A stretch of 64,000 bases of DNA from Candidatus Limnocylindrales bacterium (lineage in GTDB: Bacteria > Chloroflexota > Limnocylindria > Limnocylindrales > CSP1-4), in the NCBI GenBank assembly GCA_035699445.1, contig DASSPX010000132.1, positions 299 through 64,298 on the forward strand. The letters are read 5' to 3'. The notes beneath the pieces are model-generated. The model had not been told where the DNA came from and did not search any database. It saw nothing but the letters and a program-made list of their open reading frames with translations. Both the position numbers and the translations under genes were made by a program. Each line of letters starts with the position of its first letter. Positions within the stretch are counted from its first letter, which is position 1. Below are positions 25,367 to 33,373 of this stretch, piece after piece.

Positions 25367-27256
25367 TCAGCGCGTCGGGTCGAGCGAGCTGAAGTAATCG
25401 CGGACGTAGTCCTTGATCGAGAGCGGCACGTACGAGCGGTCCAGCGTCGTCTGCGCGAACCGCTCGAAGTCGCCGAAGACCTGCTGGTACGGGACATACG
25501 AGCCGTTGTTCGAGCCCTGGCCGACGTTGCCGCCCTGTTGGGTCTGGCCGTCGCCGCCCGTGCCCGCGACGTAGCTCGGATCACCGGGCCGGCCGAGCCG
25601 GTCGAACGGCGCGAACACCGAGCCGAGCTCCGGGCCCACGTCGGCGGGACGGTTGCCGTTGACAGGTCCGGTCGGTCGTCCGCCGGCGGACGAGCCCGTG
25701 CCGAGGTGCTGAGCGTTCGAGCCGCCGCCACCGAGGGATCCGCCGCCCTGGCCCTGGCCCTGACCTTGCCCCTGGCCCTGACCCTGGCCCTGGCCCTGAC
25801 CTTGCCCCTGGCCTTGGCCCTGACCCTGGCCCTGGCCCTGACCCTGACCTTGCCCCTGGCCCTGGCCCTGACCCTGGCCCTGGCCCTGACCCTGGCCCTG
25901 GCCCTGACCCTGACCCTGGCCCTGCCCTTGTTGGCCCCGACCCTGACCCCCGCCCTGCTGGCCGTTCTGGTTGCCGGCCGTCTGCTGGCCGCCGGCGTTC
26001 GCGAGGTTCCGGCGTGCGTCCTGGAGCTGCGACGCCGCGCGGCTCAGGTCGCGACCTGTCCGCACCTGCCCCGCCGCACCGCGCAGCGCCTCGCCAGCGC
26101 GACCGAGCGCCTGCTGCGCCCCCTCCGTGTCGCCCGCGGCAAGGGCCTGGGCGGCCTCGCGGAGCGCCGTTCCCGCGGCACCGCTCGCCTGACCGACGGT
26201 GGCCTGCTGCTCGGCGAGCTCACGCGCGAGCTCCCGTCGCTCGGCATCGGTCATCTCGTCGAGTCGTTCGCCGAGTGCCTCGAGATCCTCGGCGGCCTCG
26301 TTCGGGTCGCCGTCCGGGTTCGCCTCGTTGTTGCCCGTCGCCGTGCGCGACAGCGACCGGGACGCGGAAGCCAGCGCGGCCGCCCGCTGCTCGTTGGAGG
26401 GGTCGATCTCCGCCCGGACCTCGCCCTCGATCGAGCTGATCCGTGCGAGATTGGCGTCGAGCTCGCCCGGCCGCTCCCGGAGGCGCTCCGCCAGCTCGCG
26501 GAGCTCGCGTGCCAGCCGGGTCTGGGGATCGTCCGGATCGACGCCGCGCCCCTCGAGCTCCTCCGCGATCTCGTCGATCCGCTCCGCGGTGCGCTCGGAT
26601 TCCTCGCGGATCTGGCGCTCGCGGGCGATGACCGCGTCCTGGGGGTTGGGCAGCAGCACGGCCGGAACGAGGAGCACGCCGGCGACGAATGTCGCGAGCG
26701 CGGGCCGCCCGGCGAACCGCGGGCGGAAGACGTCCGGGCGGAGCGTGGCGAGCGCCGAGAGGGCATCGCGCCGCTGGCGTGCGATGAACCGCGCCTCCGG
26801 ATCGCCTCCGTCCTCGCCCCCCGGCCGTCCAGCGAACGCGAGCGCGGACGCGAGGCGGTCGCCGGTGCCGCCCTCGGCGTCGAGCGCGAGGGCGGTCTCG
26901 CCCAGGGTCGGTCGGGCGCGAACAACGGCCAGCAGCAGGATCGCGAGGCCCGCCACCGGGATGGTCGCCGCAACGAGCGCGGCCTGCTCGATCGGGAACA
27001 GGCGGGCCGCGACGGCCACGCCCAGCACGACAAGCACGACGGCGGCGCCGACGAGCCACGCCCTCCGGACCGCGCGCCGGAGCCAGAGCCGGCGCCGGTG
27101 CGGGGCGAGCGCGGCCCGGAGCGAGATGAGCGCCGGGTCGAGCGGCCCCTGGACGACCGTCGCCGGATCGGCGGGGACGTACACCGCGCGGTGGCCGCCG
27201 GGCTCGGCGGCCCGAGATCGACGGCGAAGGCGGGCGAGGATCGATGGACGGCTCAT
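25367..27256 (-). CDS. Membrane protein with coiled-coil and Gly-Gln low-complexity region (resembles the DUF4175 / alpha-proteobacterial low-complexity family as I recall it)
   Basis: 629 aa. The ATG at 27256 overlaps the permease stop (ATGA). Two to three N-terminal TM helices, Glu/Arg/Ala-rich helical region, about 30 consecutive GQ dipeptides, conserved-looking C-terminus SYVPLSIKDYVRDYFSSLDP. Confidence 0.8.
   Translation of the reverse strand: MSRPSILARLRRRSRAAEPGGHRAVYVPADPATVVQGPLDPALISLRAALAPHRRRLWLRRAVRRAWLVGAAVVLVVLGVAVAARLFPIEQAALVAATIPVAGLAILLLAVVRARPTLGETALALDAEGGTGDRLASALAFAGRPGGEDGGDPEARFIARQRRDALSALATLRPDVFRPRFAGRPALATFVAGVLLVPAVLLPNPQDAVIARERQIREESERTAERIDEIAEELEGRGVDPDDPQTRLARELRELAERLRERPGELDANLARISSIEGEVRAEIDPSNEQRAAALASASRSLSRTATGNNEANPDGDPNEAAEDLEALGERLDEMTDAERRELARELAEQQATVGQASGAAGTALREAAQALAAGDTEGAQQALGRAGEALRGAAGQVRTGRDLSRAASQLQDARRNLANAGGQQTAGNQNGQQGGGQGRGQQGQGQGQGQGQGQGQGQGQGQGQGQGQGQGQGQGQGQGQGQGQGQGQGQGQGQGQGQGQGQGGGSLGGGGSNAQHLGTGSSAGGRPTGPVNGNRPADVGPELGSVFAPFDRLGRPGDPSYVAGTGGDGQTQQGGNVGQGSNNGSYVPYQQVFGDFERFAQTTLDRSYVPLSIKDYVRDYFSSLDPTR
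25748..25930 (-). repeat. In-frame hexanucleotide tandem repeat (GGN-CAR)n encoding (Gly-Gln)~30
   Basis: The plus strand shows uninterrupted CTG/TTG-NCC hexamers (ccctggccctgaccttgcccctgg...). In the minus frame this is GQGQGQ... Confidence 0.9.
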
Positions 27257-28338
27257 GCGGGGCTCCCGGTGGCTCGGCGACGGCGGCGTGGCAGCCCGAG
27301 GCGCCAGCGCCTGGTCGGCGTCACCAGCTGGACGGACAGGACGATCAGGACGAGCGAGACGATGACCCAGGCGGCCATGCTCCGCGGCCAGTACGAATCG
27401 CGCTGGACGCCGAACTGCTGCGGCTCCGCGATCCCGATGCCGGGCTCGATCGGCCGGTCGAGCGCGACCAGCTGGCGGTCCGTGACCGCGCCGATGATCC
27501 CGCAGTACGTGCCAAAGCCGGTCTCCGTGCCGCAGATGACGTCCGCCTGGGCGACGAACGGGTTGAGGTAGAGGAGGGCCTCCGGCGGGCGCCGCCGGAG
27601 GGAGTCGAGGAAGGACTCGTCGCGCGCGAAGCCGGGCTGCACCTGCCAGCCGGTCATCACGCTCCAGAACACGAACACGAACGTCGCGCCGCCGGTGACC
27701 CCCAGCATCGTCACGAAGTTGAGGACCGTGGCCGCCTGCGTCCGCTTCACGAGCGCCGAGAAGAACAGCCCGATCGAGCCGAACCCGATGGCGGTCAGCA
27801 CGAGCACGAGGTAGCCGCGGACGACGTCCTCCGGGCCCACGCCGCCGAACGTGAACACGAGCGCAGTGATCGGGATCGACGCGAGGATGAGCAGGAAGAC
27901 CCACGTGAGCGCGGATACGAGCTTGCCGAGCACGATCGCGAGCGAGCTGATCGGCGTGGTCGCCAGCAGGTCGAGGGTCTGCTTCTCGCGCTCGAGGCTG
28001 ATCGAACCGGCCGTCGAGGCCGGCGCGAGCACGAGCACGATCAGCGTCTGGAGCATGAGGATCGCGATGAACAGCTCGCGGCCGATCTGCGCGGAGGCGA
28101 AGAATGCGCTGCCGAAGCCGGCGCCGGTCGTGCGCTCCTGGAGGGCCTCCATCATCCACGTGAAGCCGGCGAGCAGCAGCAGATGGATCGTGAGGATCAC
28201 GAACGCCCGGCGGCCGCGCATCCGGCCGCGCAGCTCCTTGGTCATCACCGCGGCGATGCCGGTGCCCACGTCGCGCAGCGCGGCGAGGGGGCGGCGCCGG
28301 GGGCGGCCCGGCGCGACCGCCATGGGCTCGGCGGTCAC
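27253..28338 (-). CDS. ABC-2 type transporter permease
   Basis: 361 aa, multi-TM, with the ABC-2/NosY-GldF-like block ISLEREKQTLDLLATTPIS. The GTG start overlaps the ATPase stop (GTGA). An alternative ATG is at 28323. Confidence 0.85.
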   Translation of the reverse strand: MTAEPMAVAPGRPRRRPLAALRDVGTGIAAVMTKELRGRMRGRRAFVILTIHLLLLAGFTWMMEALQERTTGAGFGSAFFASAQIGRELFIAILMLQTLIVLVLAPASTAGSISLEREKQTLDLLATTPISSLAIVLGKLVSALTWVFLLILASIPITALVFTFGGVGPEDVVRGYLVLVLTAIGFGSIGLFFSALVKRTQAATVLNFVTMLGVTGGATFVFVFWSVMTGWQVQPGFARDESFLDSLRRRPPEALLYLNPFVAQADVICGTETGFGTYCGIIGAVTDRQLVALDRPIEPGIGIAEPQQFGVQRDSYWPRSMAAWVIVSLVLIVLSVQLVTPTRRWRLGLPRRRRRATGSPA

Positions 28339-29309
28339 GCCGCCGCCTCCGATCCGGTGCGGGCGGCGTCATCGGGCGCCGTCACCTGCAGGAACAGCTC
28401 CTCGAGGTCGGACGCGGCCCGGGCGAACGTGACGACCCGCAGCCCGTGGGCGATCGCCGCCGCGAGCAGCGCCGCCGACGCCTCGTCGTCGCCCCGGAAT
28501 CCGAGCTCGATCGTGCCGTCCTCGAGGATGTCGGCGGCAGCCACGTCCGGCTGACTCGCGAACCAGTCGCGAGCCGCCACGAGGTCGTCTCCCTCCGCGA
28601 GCACCCGAACGCGGAGGACCGCGCCGACTCGCAGGCGCCGCTCGATGTCCGCGACCCGTCCATGGGCGAGCACCTGGCCGCGATCGATGATCGCCACCGA
28701 GGTGCACAGTTCCTCGAGCTCGGGGAGGATGTGCGAGCTCACGAGGATCGTCTTACCCAGCGCGCGCAGCTCGCGCAGCAGCTCCCGCAGCTCGACGCGG
28801 GCCCGCGGGTCGAGGCCCGACGCCGGTTCGTCGAGGAGGAGCACGGCCGGGTCGTGGACGAGCGTATGGGCGAGGCATAGTCTCTGCTGCATGCCGCGGG
28901 AGAGCCCCTGGACGTAGGCGTCGCGCTTGGCGCCCAGGTCCACGAGCTCGAGCAGGTCGCCGATCATCCGACGTCGCTTCGCGGCAGGGATGCCGTAACA
29001 GCGGGCGAAGAAGTCCAGGTATTCCCAGACCTTCATGTCGTCGTAGACCCCGAAGCTGTCCGGCATGAACCCGAGGACGCGCCGGACCTCGTTCGGGTTT
29101 CGGCGGACGCTGGCGCCGGCGATCTCCGCGTCGCCGCCGTCGGGAACGAGGAGCGTGGCAAGGATCCGGAGCGTCGTCGTCTTGCCCGCGCCGTTCGGAC
29201 CGACCAGCCCGAAGATCTCGCCGGCGGGCACGTCAAGGTCGAGTCCGGCGACCGCGAGGGTCCGGTCGTAGCGCTTCACGAGGCCGGTGGCGCTCACGAT
29301 CCCGCTCAT
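28335..29309 (-). CDS. ABC transporter ATP-binding protein (ABC-2 subfamily)
   Basis: Walker A GPNGAGKTT, signature LSRGMQQR, Walker B LLLDEPASGLD, H-loop SSHIL. Confidence 0.95.
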   Translation of the reverse strand: MSGIVSATGLVKRYDRTLAVAGLDLDVPAGEIFGLVGPNGAGKTTTLRILATLLVPDGGDAEIAGASVRRNPNEVRRVLGFMPDSFGVYDDMKVWEYLDFFARCYGIPAAKRRRMIGDLLELVDLGAKRDAYVQGLSRGMQQRLCLAHTLVHDPAVLLLDEPASGLDPRARVELRELLRELRALGKTILVSSHILPELEELCTSVAIIDRGQVLAHGRVADIERRLRVGAVLRVRVLAEGDDLVAARDWFASQPDVAAADILEDGTIELGFRGDDEASAALLAAAIAHGLRVVTFARAASDLEELFLQVTAPDDAARTGSEAAA

Positions 29310-31789
29310 GCGACCGCGCCCTCGATCTGCAGGCCGAAGCCGAAGCCGATCACATCGTTGCCCTCGTTCACGAACCGCACGTCCACCTCGCCCGTCGCCG
29401 GGTCCACCCAGCGGTCGGGATCGGGCAGCTCGTAGGCGCGCCCCTGGTCAAGGGGCTGGAAGCGCACCCACTCGCCGGTGTCCACGTCGCGCACCTCGAG
29501 GCGCGGCAGGAACCCGATGCCCGGCGGCGGCTCGACCTCGCAGTCGTCGCCCTCGCATGGCGGGGCCGGCTCGAGGCGCGGCAGGGCGTCCGCGATGAAC
29601 CCGAGATCGCCGCCGAAGTTCATGCCCACCACGACGCGGCTGGGGTCGAACGTGCCCTGGAACGGGATCGGCCGATAGGCGAGGTGAGCCCGGCCCGGCC
29701 CGAACGCCATCGACCACGGGTCCTTCGAGAACTGGACCGCGTCGATCTCGATCACCGAGCTGCGCAGGAGGTCGGACCGGAACACGGTCTCGCCCCGGAA
29801 CGAGATGGGCAGGGGCACGTGGTACAGGACGTTCGCCACGCGTCGCGTCCGCTGCTCCACGACGTCGAACGGCATCACCGGATCCGTGCCCCACGCGAGC
29901 AGGACCGCGCTGTCGTTGTTGAGTTGCGTCTGGATCGCGAACGTCGGGTCGTACGTGAGCTGCTCGATGATCCCCCGCCGGACGAGCCGGCGCTGCGCCT
30001 CCTCGTCGAGGCTGCCGTTGGGGTTGTTGAACACGAGCTGTCCCACGACCCGCTCCACGAGGCTGGGCTGCGCGAGCGGATTTGTGACGAGGGGCAGGTT
30101 GACCGACTGCTGGGCGCCCGGCGCGAGATCGGGCAGCACGACCGCCGACGCCCCGAGCACGACCGCCGGGTTATCCAGCGTGCGATCGGATTCGTTGCGC
30201 ACCGCCCCCACGAGGCGGCCGTCCTCGACCCGGAGGTCGGCCTCGATGACGGGGCCCGTCGTGGGCGCCTCGGCGCGCACGGTGCGCAGCGAGCCGAAGC
30301 CGATCTGGAGGTTGCGGACGCGTGCAGGATCGCCCTGGAGCACGTCGAGCGGCCCGGCGGTGTCGCCACCGAAGAAGTCGCCGCTCACGGGTGCCGAGAG
30401 GAGCGCGCCGCCGGGGACCTCGATCTGGTACGTGGCGCGTGAGGGCGAGAACAGCCCGAGGTAGGACTGGGCGACGGCGTCGGACGTGCCGGGGGCCCCA
30501 CGCACGATGGCCACCTCGTGGACGATGAGATCCGAGCCGCGCAGGACGGACCCGAACCCGAACGCACCGACGGTGAACACGACGATCAGGGCCGGGATCG
30601 TCACCCACGCCCACTCGCGCCGGTCGAGCCAGCGCAGCACGAGGTAGTTCACCGGCCCGACGAGGATGATGTAGCCGAGCAGGAGCACGAGCAGCCCGCC
30701 GATCGGCGGCAGGGCGAGGCTGGGCAGGTTCTGCACTGCGCTCACCAGGCTGCCGTCCTCGGACAGGGCCGGGGTGGCGCTGCCGCCACGCGGCGGCAGG
30801 AAGCGCCGCCACAGGTCCCCGGCGAGCTCGTCGCTGCCCGCGATCCACGCGGACGCAGGGTCGAACCCGAGGAGTGTGACCGACCCCGAGCCGAACGGCG
30901 TCTCCGCCGCCACGACGCGGTCGCCGGAGGTCGCGAGCGGCCGCCCCCGCGCCAGCTCGCCAGCCATCGCGGGCACGGGCGTGGCGTCGTCGGGGATCGT
31001 GCCCAGGAGCGTCGAGAGGACGGCCGGGTCGACGTCGATCGTCCCGGTCGGCCGGTAGGGGAGGATCTCGTCGGGGAGCGCGGCCACGGCGTCGATGCCG
31101 GTCGTGCCGCCCGCGATCACGAGCCGGCCGCCCGCGGCGATCCAGCCGCGCATGGCGGCCAGCTGGGCGCCGGAGAGCGTGCCGCTGTCGACGTCCTGCC
31201 AGACCAGCCGGTCCAGCGTGGACCACGCCTCGACGCGCTCGGGAAGATCGTCCACGCTCAGCGGCACGATGACGGGCGCGCGGCCGTTCGGGTCGGGGAG
31301 GAGGTCGAGGTCGGCGACGATCCGCGCCGCGTCCTCGGCGAGGATGCCGACCACGAGCTGCGACGGCTCGTGGAGTGCGATCGCGACGTCCACGGTCTCG
31401 ATCGCCTCGTCGCCGGCGACGAGCGCGACCTCCGCGGTCTGCCCGAACGCCGGCGGTTGCCCGTACAGGAGGATCGTCTTGCGTGATCCGGTCGGCAGGT
31501 CGACGGCGGTGCCGAAGCGCGTCCGGCCGGTGGCCCCGCCGGCCAGCCGGAGCTCGCCGGTGATGGGCGGTCCGTCGTTCGCCACGTCTACCGCGACCGC
31601 CATCCAGGAACCGCTCCGGCCGTGTCCCTCGAGGAGTACCCGGCCGCTCATCGTCAGCCCCTCGACGGCCGCGACGGGCGCGGTGAGCGGGCCGAGGACG
31701 GCGAGCGCGACGATCGCGAGCAGCGCCGCGCGCGCGTATGCGTCGGGTCGGCGGCCGGTCGATCGGGCGAACCGCGGCTGACGGACCAC
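29306..31789 (-). CDS. Large signal-anchored membrane protein, unknown family (first gene of the operon)
   Basis: 827 aa. GTG start preceded by ACGGAG. Signal-like ALLAIVALAVLGPLTAPVAA. Central TM cluster (IGGLLVLLLGYIILVGPVNYLVLRWL; WVTIPALIVVFTVGAFGFG). Its stop overlaps the ATPase ATG (ATGA). Confidence 0.8.
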   Translation of the reverse strand: MVRQPRFARSTGRRPDAYARAALLAIVALAVLGPLTAPVAAVEGLTMSGRVLLEGHGRSGSWMAVAVDVANDGPPITGELRLAGGATGRTRFGTAVDLPTGSRKTILLYGQPPAFGQTAEVALVAGDEAIETVDVAIALHEPSQLVVGILAEDAARIVADLDLLPDPNGRAPVIVPLSVDDLPERVEAWSTLDRLVWQDVDSGTLSGAQLAAMRGWIAAGGRLVIAGGTTGIDAVAALPDEILPYRPTGTIDVDPAVLSTLLGTIPDDATPVPAMAGELARGRPLATSGDRVVAAETPFGSGSVTLLGFDPASAWIAGSDELAGDLWRRFLPPRGGSATPALSEDGSLVSAVQNLPSLALPPIGGLLVLLLGYIILVGPVNYLVLRWLDRREWAWVTIPALIVVFTVGAFGFGSVLRGSDLIVHEVAIVRGAPGTSDAVAQSYLGLFSPSRATYQIEVPGGALLSAPVSGDFFGGDTAGPLDVLQGDPARVRNLQIGFGSLRTVRAEAPTTGPVIEADLRVEDGRLVGAVRNESDRTLDNPAVVLGASAVVLPDLAPGAQQSVNLPLVTNPLAQPSLVERVVGQLVFNNPNGSLDEEAQRRLVRRGIIEQLTYDPTFAIQTQLNNDSAVLLAWGTDPVMPFDVVEQRTRRVANVLYHVPLPISFRGETVFRSDLLRSSVIEIDAVQFSKDPWSMAFGPGRAHLAYRPIPFQGTFDPSRVVVGMNFGGDLGFIADALPRLEPAPPCEGDDCEVEPPPGIGFLPRLEVRDVDTGEWVRFQPLDQGRAYELPDPDRWVDPATGEVDVRFVNEGNDVIGFGFGLQIEGAVA

Positions 31790-31935
31790 TGGGACTCCGT
31801 GTGCGAGGTGAGGCGCCGGAACGACGTGATGCCCGGACGAAAAGTTGCAGCGCGAGGTGCTCTGCCCCTGCCGCCGACCCCGGGCGGCCCTCGGCGTGCC
31901 CCGGCGTGACGGCCGAGGGCGCGGCGTCCGGGCCT

Positions 31936-31945
31936 ATCGTACGAT
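31936..31945. promoter_or_regulatory. Perfect 10-bp palindrome ATCGTACGAT in the divergent promoter region (reads TACGAT on both strands)
   Basis: Seen directly at 31936-31945 between the operon start (31789, minus) and DUF1015 (32030, plus). A TACGAT hexamer also lies upstream of lpd at 1063-1068. Confidence 0.3.
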
Positions 31946-32029
31946 GCGCCCGATTCCCGGCCCGTTCCCCGGGCCGGCGTGCCCGCCCTTCCGCCGAGCC
32001 CAACCCTTCGGCGTCGCATCGAGGACTGC

Positions 32030-33352
32030 GTGCCCGACATTCGCCCGTTCCGTGCGCTCCGGTACGACCCGGAGACCGTCGGTGCGCTGGACGCCGTCGT
32101 CGCGCCGCCGTACGACGTGATCGACGCCGATCTCGCGCGGCGCCTGCTGGACCGGCACCCCAGGAACGTGGTCCGGGTCGACCTGCCGCTCGAGGCGGCC
32201 GGCGAGGATGCCGACGAGCGGTACCGGCGTGCGGCGCGCACGTTCGCCACGTGGCGTTCGGACGGCACGCTGCGCAAGGATCCCCGCCCGAGCGTGTACG
32301 TCTACGAGCAGACGTACCGGGTCCCGGGCTCCGACCAGGAGCGGACGCAGCGCGGCTTCTTCGCCCGCCTGCGTCTCGAGCCGCTCGAGCCGGGATCGGG
32401 GGTGCTGCCGCACGAGCGCACGATGACCGGTCCGAAGGAGGATCGCTACCGGCTCCTCCGGGCCACCGGCGCGAACACGAGCGCGGTCGCGGCGCTGTTC
32501 GAGGATGCCGGGGCGGTCGGTGCGCGGGTCCTCGCGGAGACAGCCGGCCATGCGCCGGCGGTCGCCGTCGTCGACGATGACGGTGTGACGCATCGCCTGT
32601 GGCTCCTGCCCGCCGCCGGTGCGGACGCACCGTCGGGCGCCGCGGAGGCGCTGATCGCCGCGGCCTCAGCGGGCCCCGTGGTCATTGCCGACGGGCACCA
32701 TCGCTACGAGACCGCGCTGCGCTACCGCGACGAGCGCAGGATGACCCGCTCGTGCGAGGAGGACCCGGCGTTCGACTACGTGCTCGCCCTGCTGCTCCCT
32801 GCTGACGAGGCGCTCACCGTGTTGCCCACGCACCGGGTGGTGCGGGGGCTGGGCGACGCGGGCGTGGAGAGGCTGGTCGCCTCGCTCGACACGGTGTTCC
32901 AGGTGGAACCGGCGGCCGCCGAGGAGCTCGTGGCGCGGTTCGCGGCCGTCGACGCGCCGGGCGGGCGCGGACGGTTCGGCCTGCTCACACGCCGCGGTGC
33001 GTACGCGCTCCGCTGGCGACCGGACGCGCTCGCGGATGCCCTCCCCCCGGGCAGCGACGCGCTCCGCGGGCTGGACGTCATCCGGCTCGGTGCGGCGCTC
33101 CAGGCGCTGGCCGGCATCGATGCCGCCGCAGTCAGTGCCGGCGATCGGGTTGGCTACACGAAGTCCGCCGCGGAGGCCGCCCGGGCGGTTGCGAGCGGCA
33201 CGGAGGGCGGCGACGTCGCGTTCCTCCTCGAGCCCACGCCGGTGTCCGCCGTCCTGGCGGTCGCGCACGCCGGCGAGGCGATGCCGCAGAAGTCGACGTA
33301 CTTCTATCCCAAGGCGCTGACCGGCCTCGTGCTCAACCCCCACGAGTGGTAA
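32030..33352 (+). CDS. DUF1015 domain protein
   Basis: GTG at 32030. VPDIRPFRALRYDP...VVAPPYDVID...LPHERTMTGPKEDR...ADGHHRYETAL are characteristic DUF1015 blocks. Confidence 0.85.
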   Translation: MPDIRPFRALRYDPETVGALDAVVAPPYDVIDADLARRLLDRHPRNVVRVDLPLEAAGEDADERYRRAARTFATWRSDGTLRKDPRPSVYVYEQTYRVPGSDQERTQRGFFARLRLEPLEPGSGVLPHERTMTGPKEDRYRLLRATGANTSAVAALFEDAGAVGARVLAETAGHAPAVAVVDDDGVTHRLWLLPAAGADAPSGAAEALIAAASAGPVVIADGHHRYETALRYRDERRMTRSCEEDPAFDYVLALLLPADEALTVLPTHRVVRGLGDAGVERLVASLDTVFQVEPAAAEELVARFAAVDAPGGRGRFGLLTRRGAYALRWRPDALADALPPGSDALRGLDVIRLGAALQALAGIDAAAVSAGDRVGYTKSAAEAARAVASGTEGGDVAFLLEPTPVSAVLAVAHAGEAMPQKSTYFYPKALTGLVLNPHEW

Positions 33353-33373
33353 GTCCGTGACCCTGCGCCGTCG

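Noticed and set aside
24316-25731. Long N-terminal extensions of track ORFs (MoxR here; also 2293, 2718, 6804, 13686, 21290..23491, 41935, 49395..50825, 50869..52797, 54114..55382, 58169, 60713..62221, 61695)
   Set aside because: Internal starts coincide with SD sites, leaderless -10 boxes or start/stop overlaps with the upstream gene. The extensions are low-complexity Arg/Ala/Pro sequence overlapping neighbouring genes.
25748-25930. Hexanucleotide tract as a non-coding microsatellite or assembly artefact
   Set aside because: It is exactly in frame within a long ORF that has credible N- and C-terminal flanks and is translationally coupled to the upstream permease. An artefact cannot be excluded without reads, so it is kept as a finding on repeat variability only.
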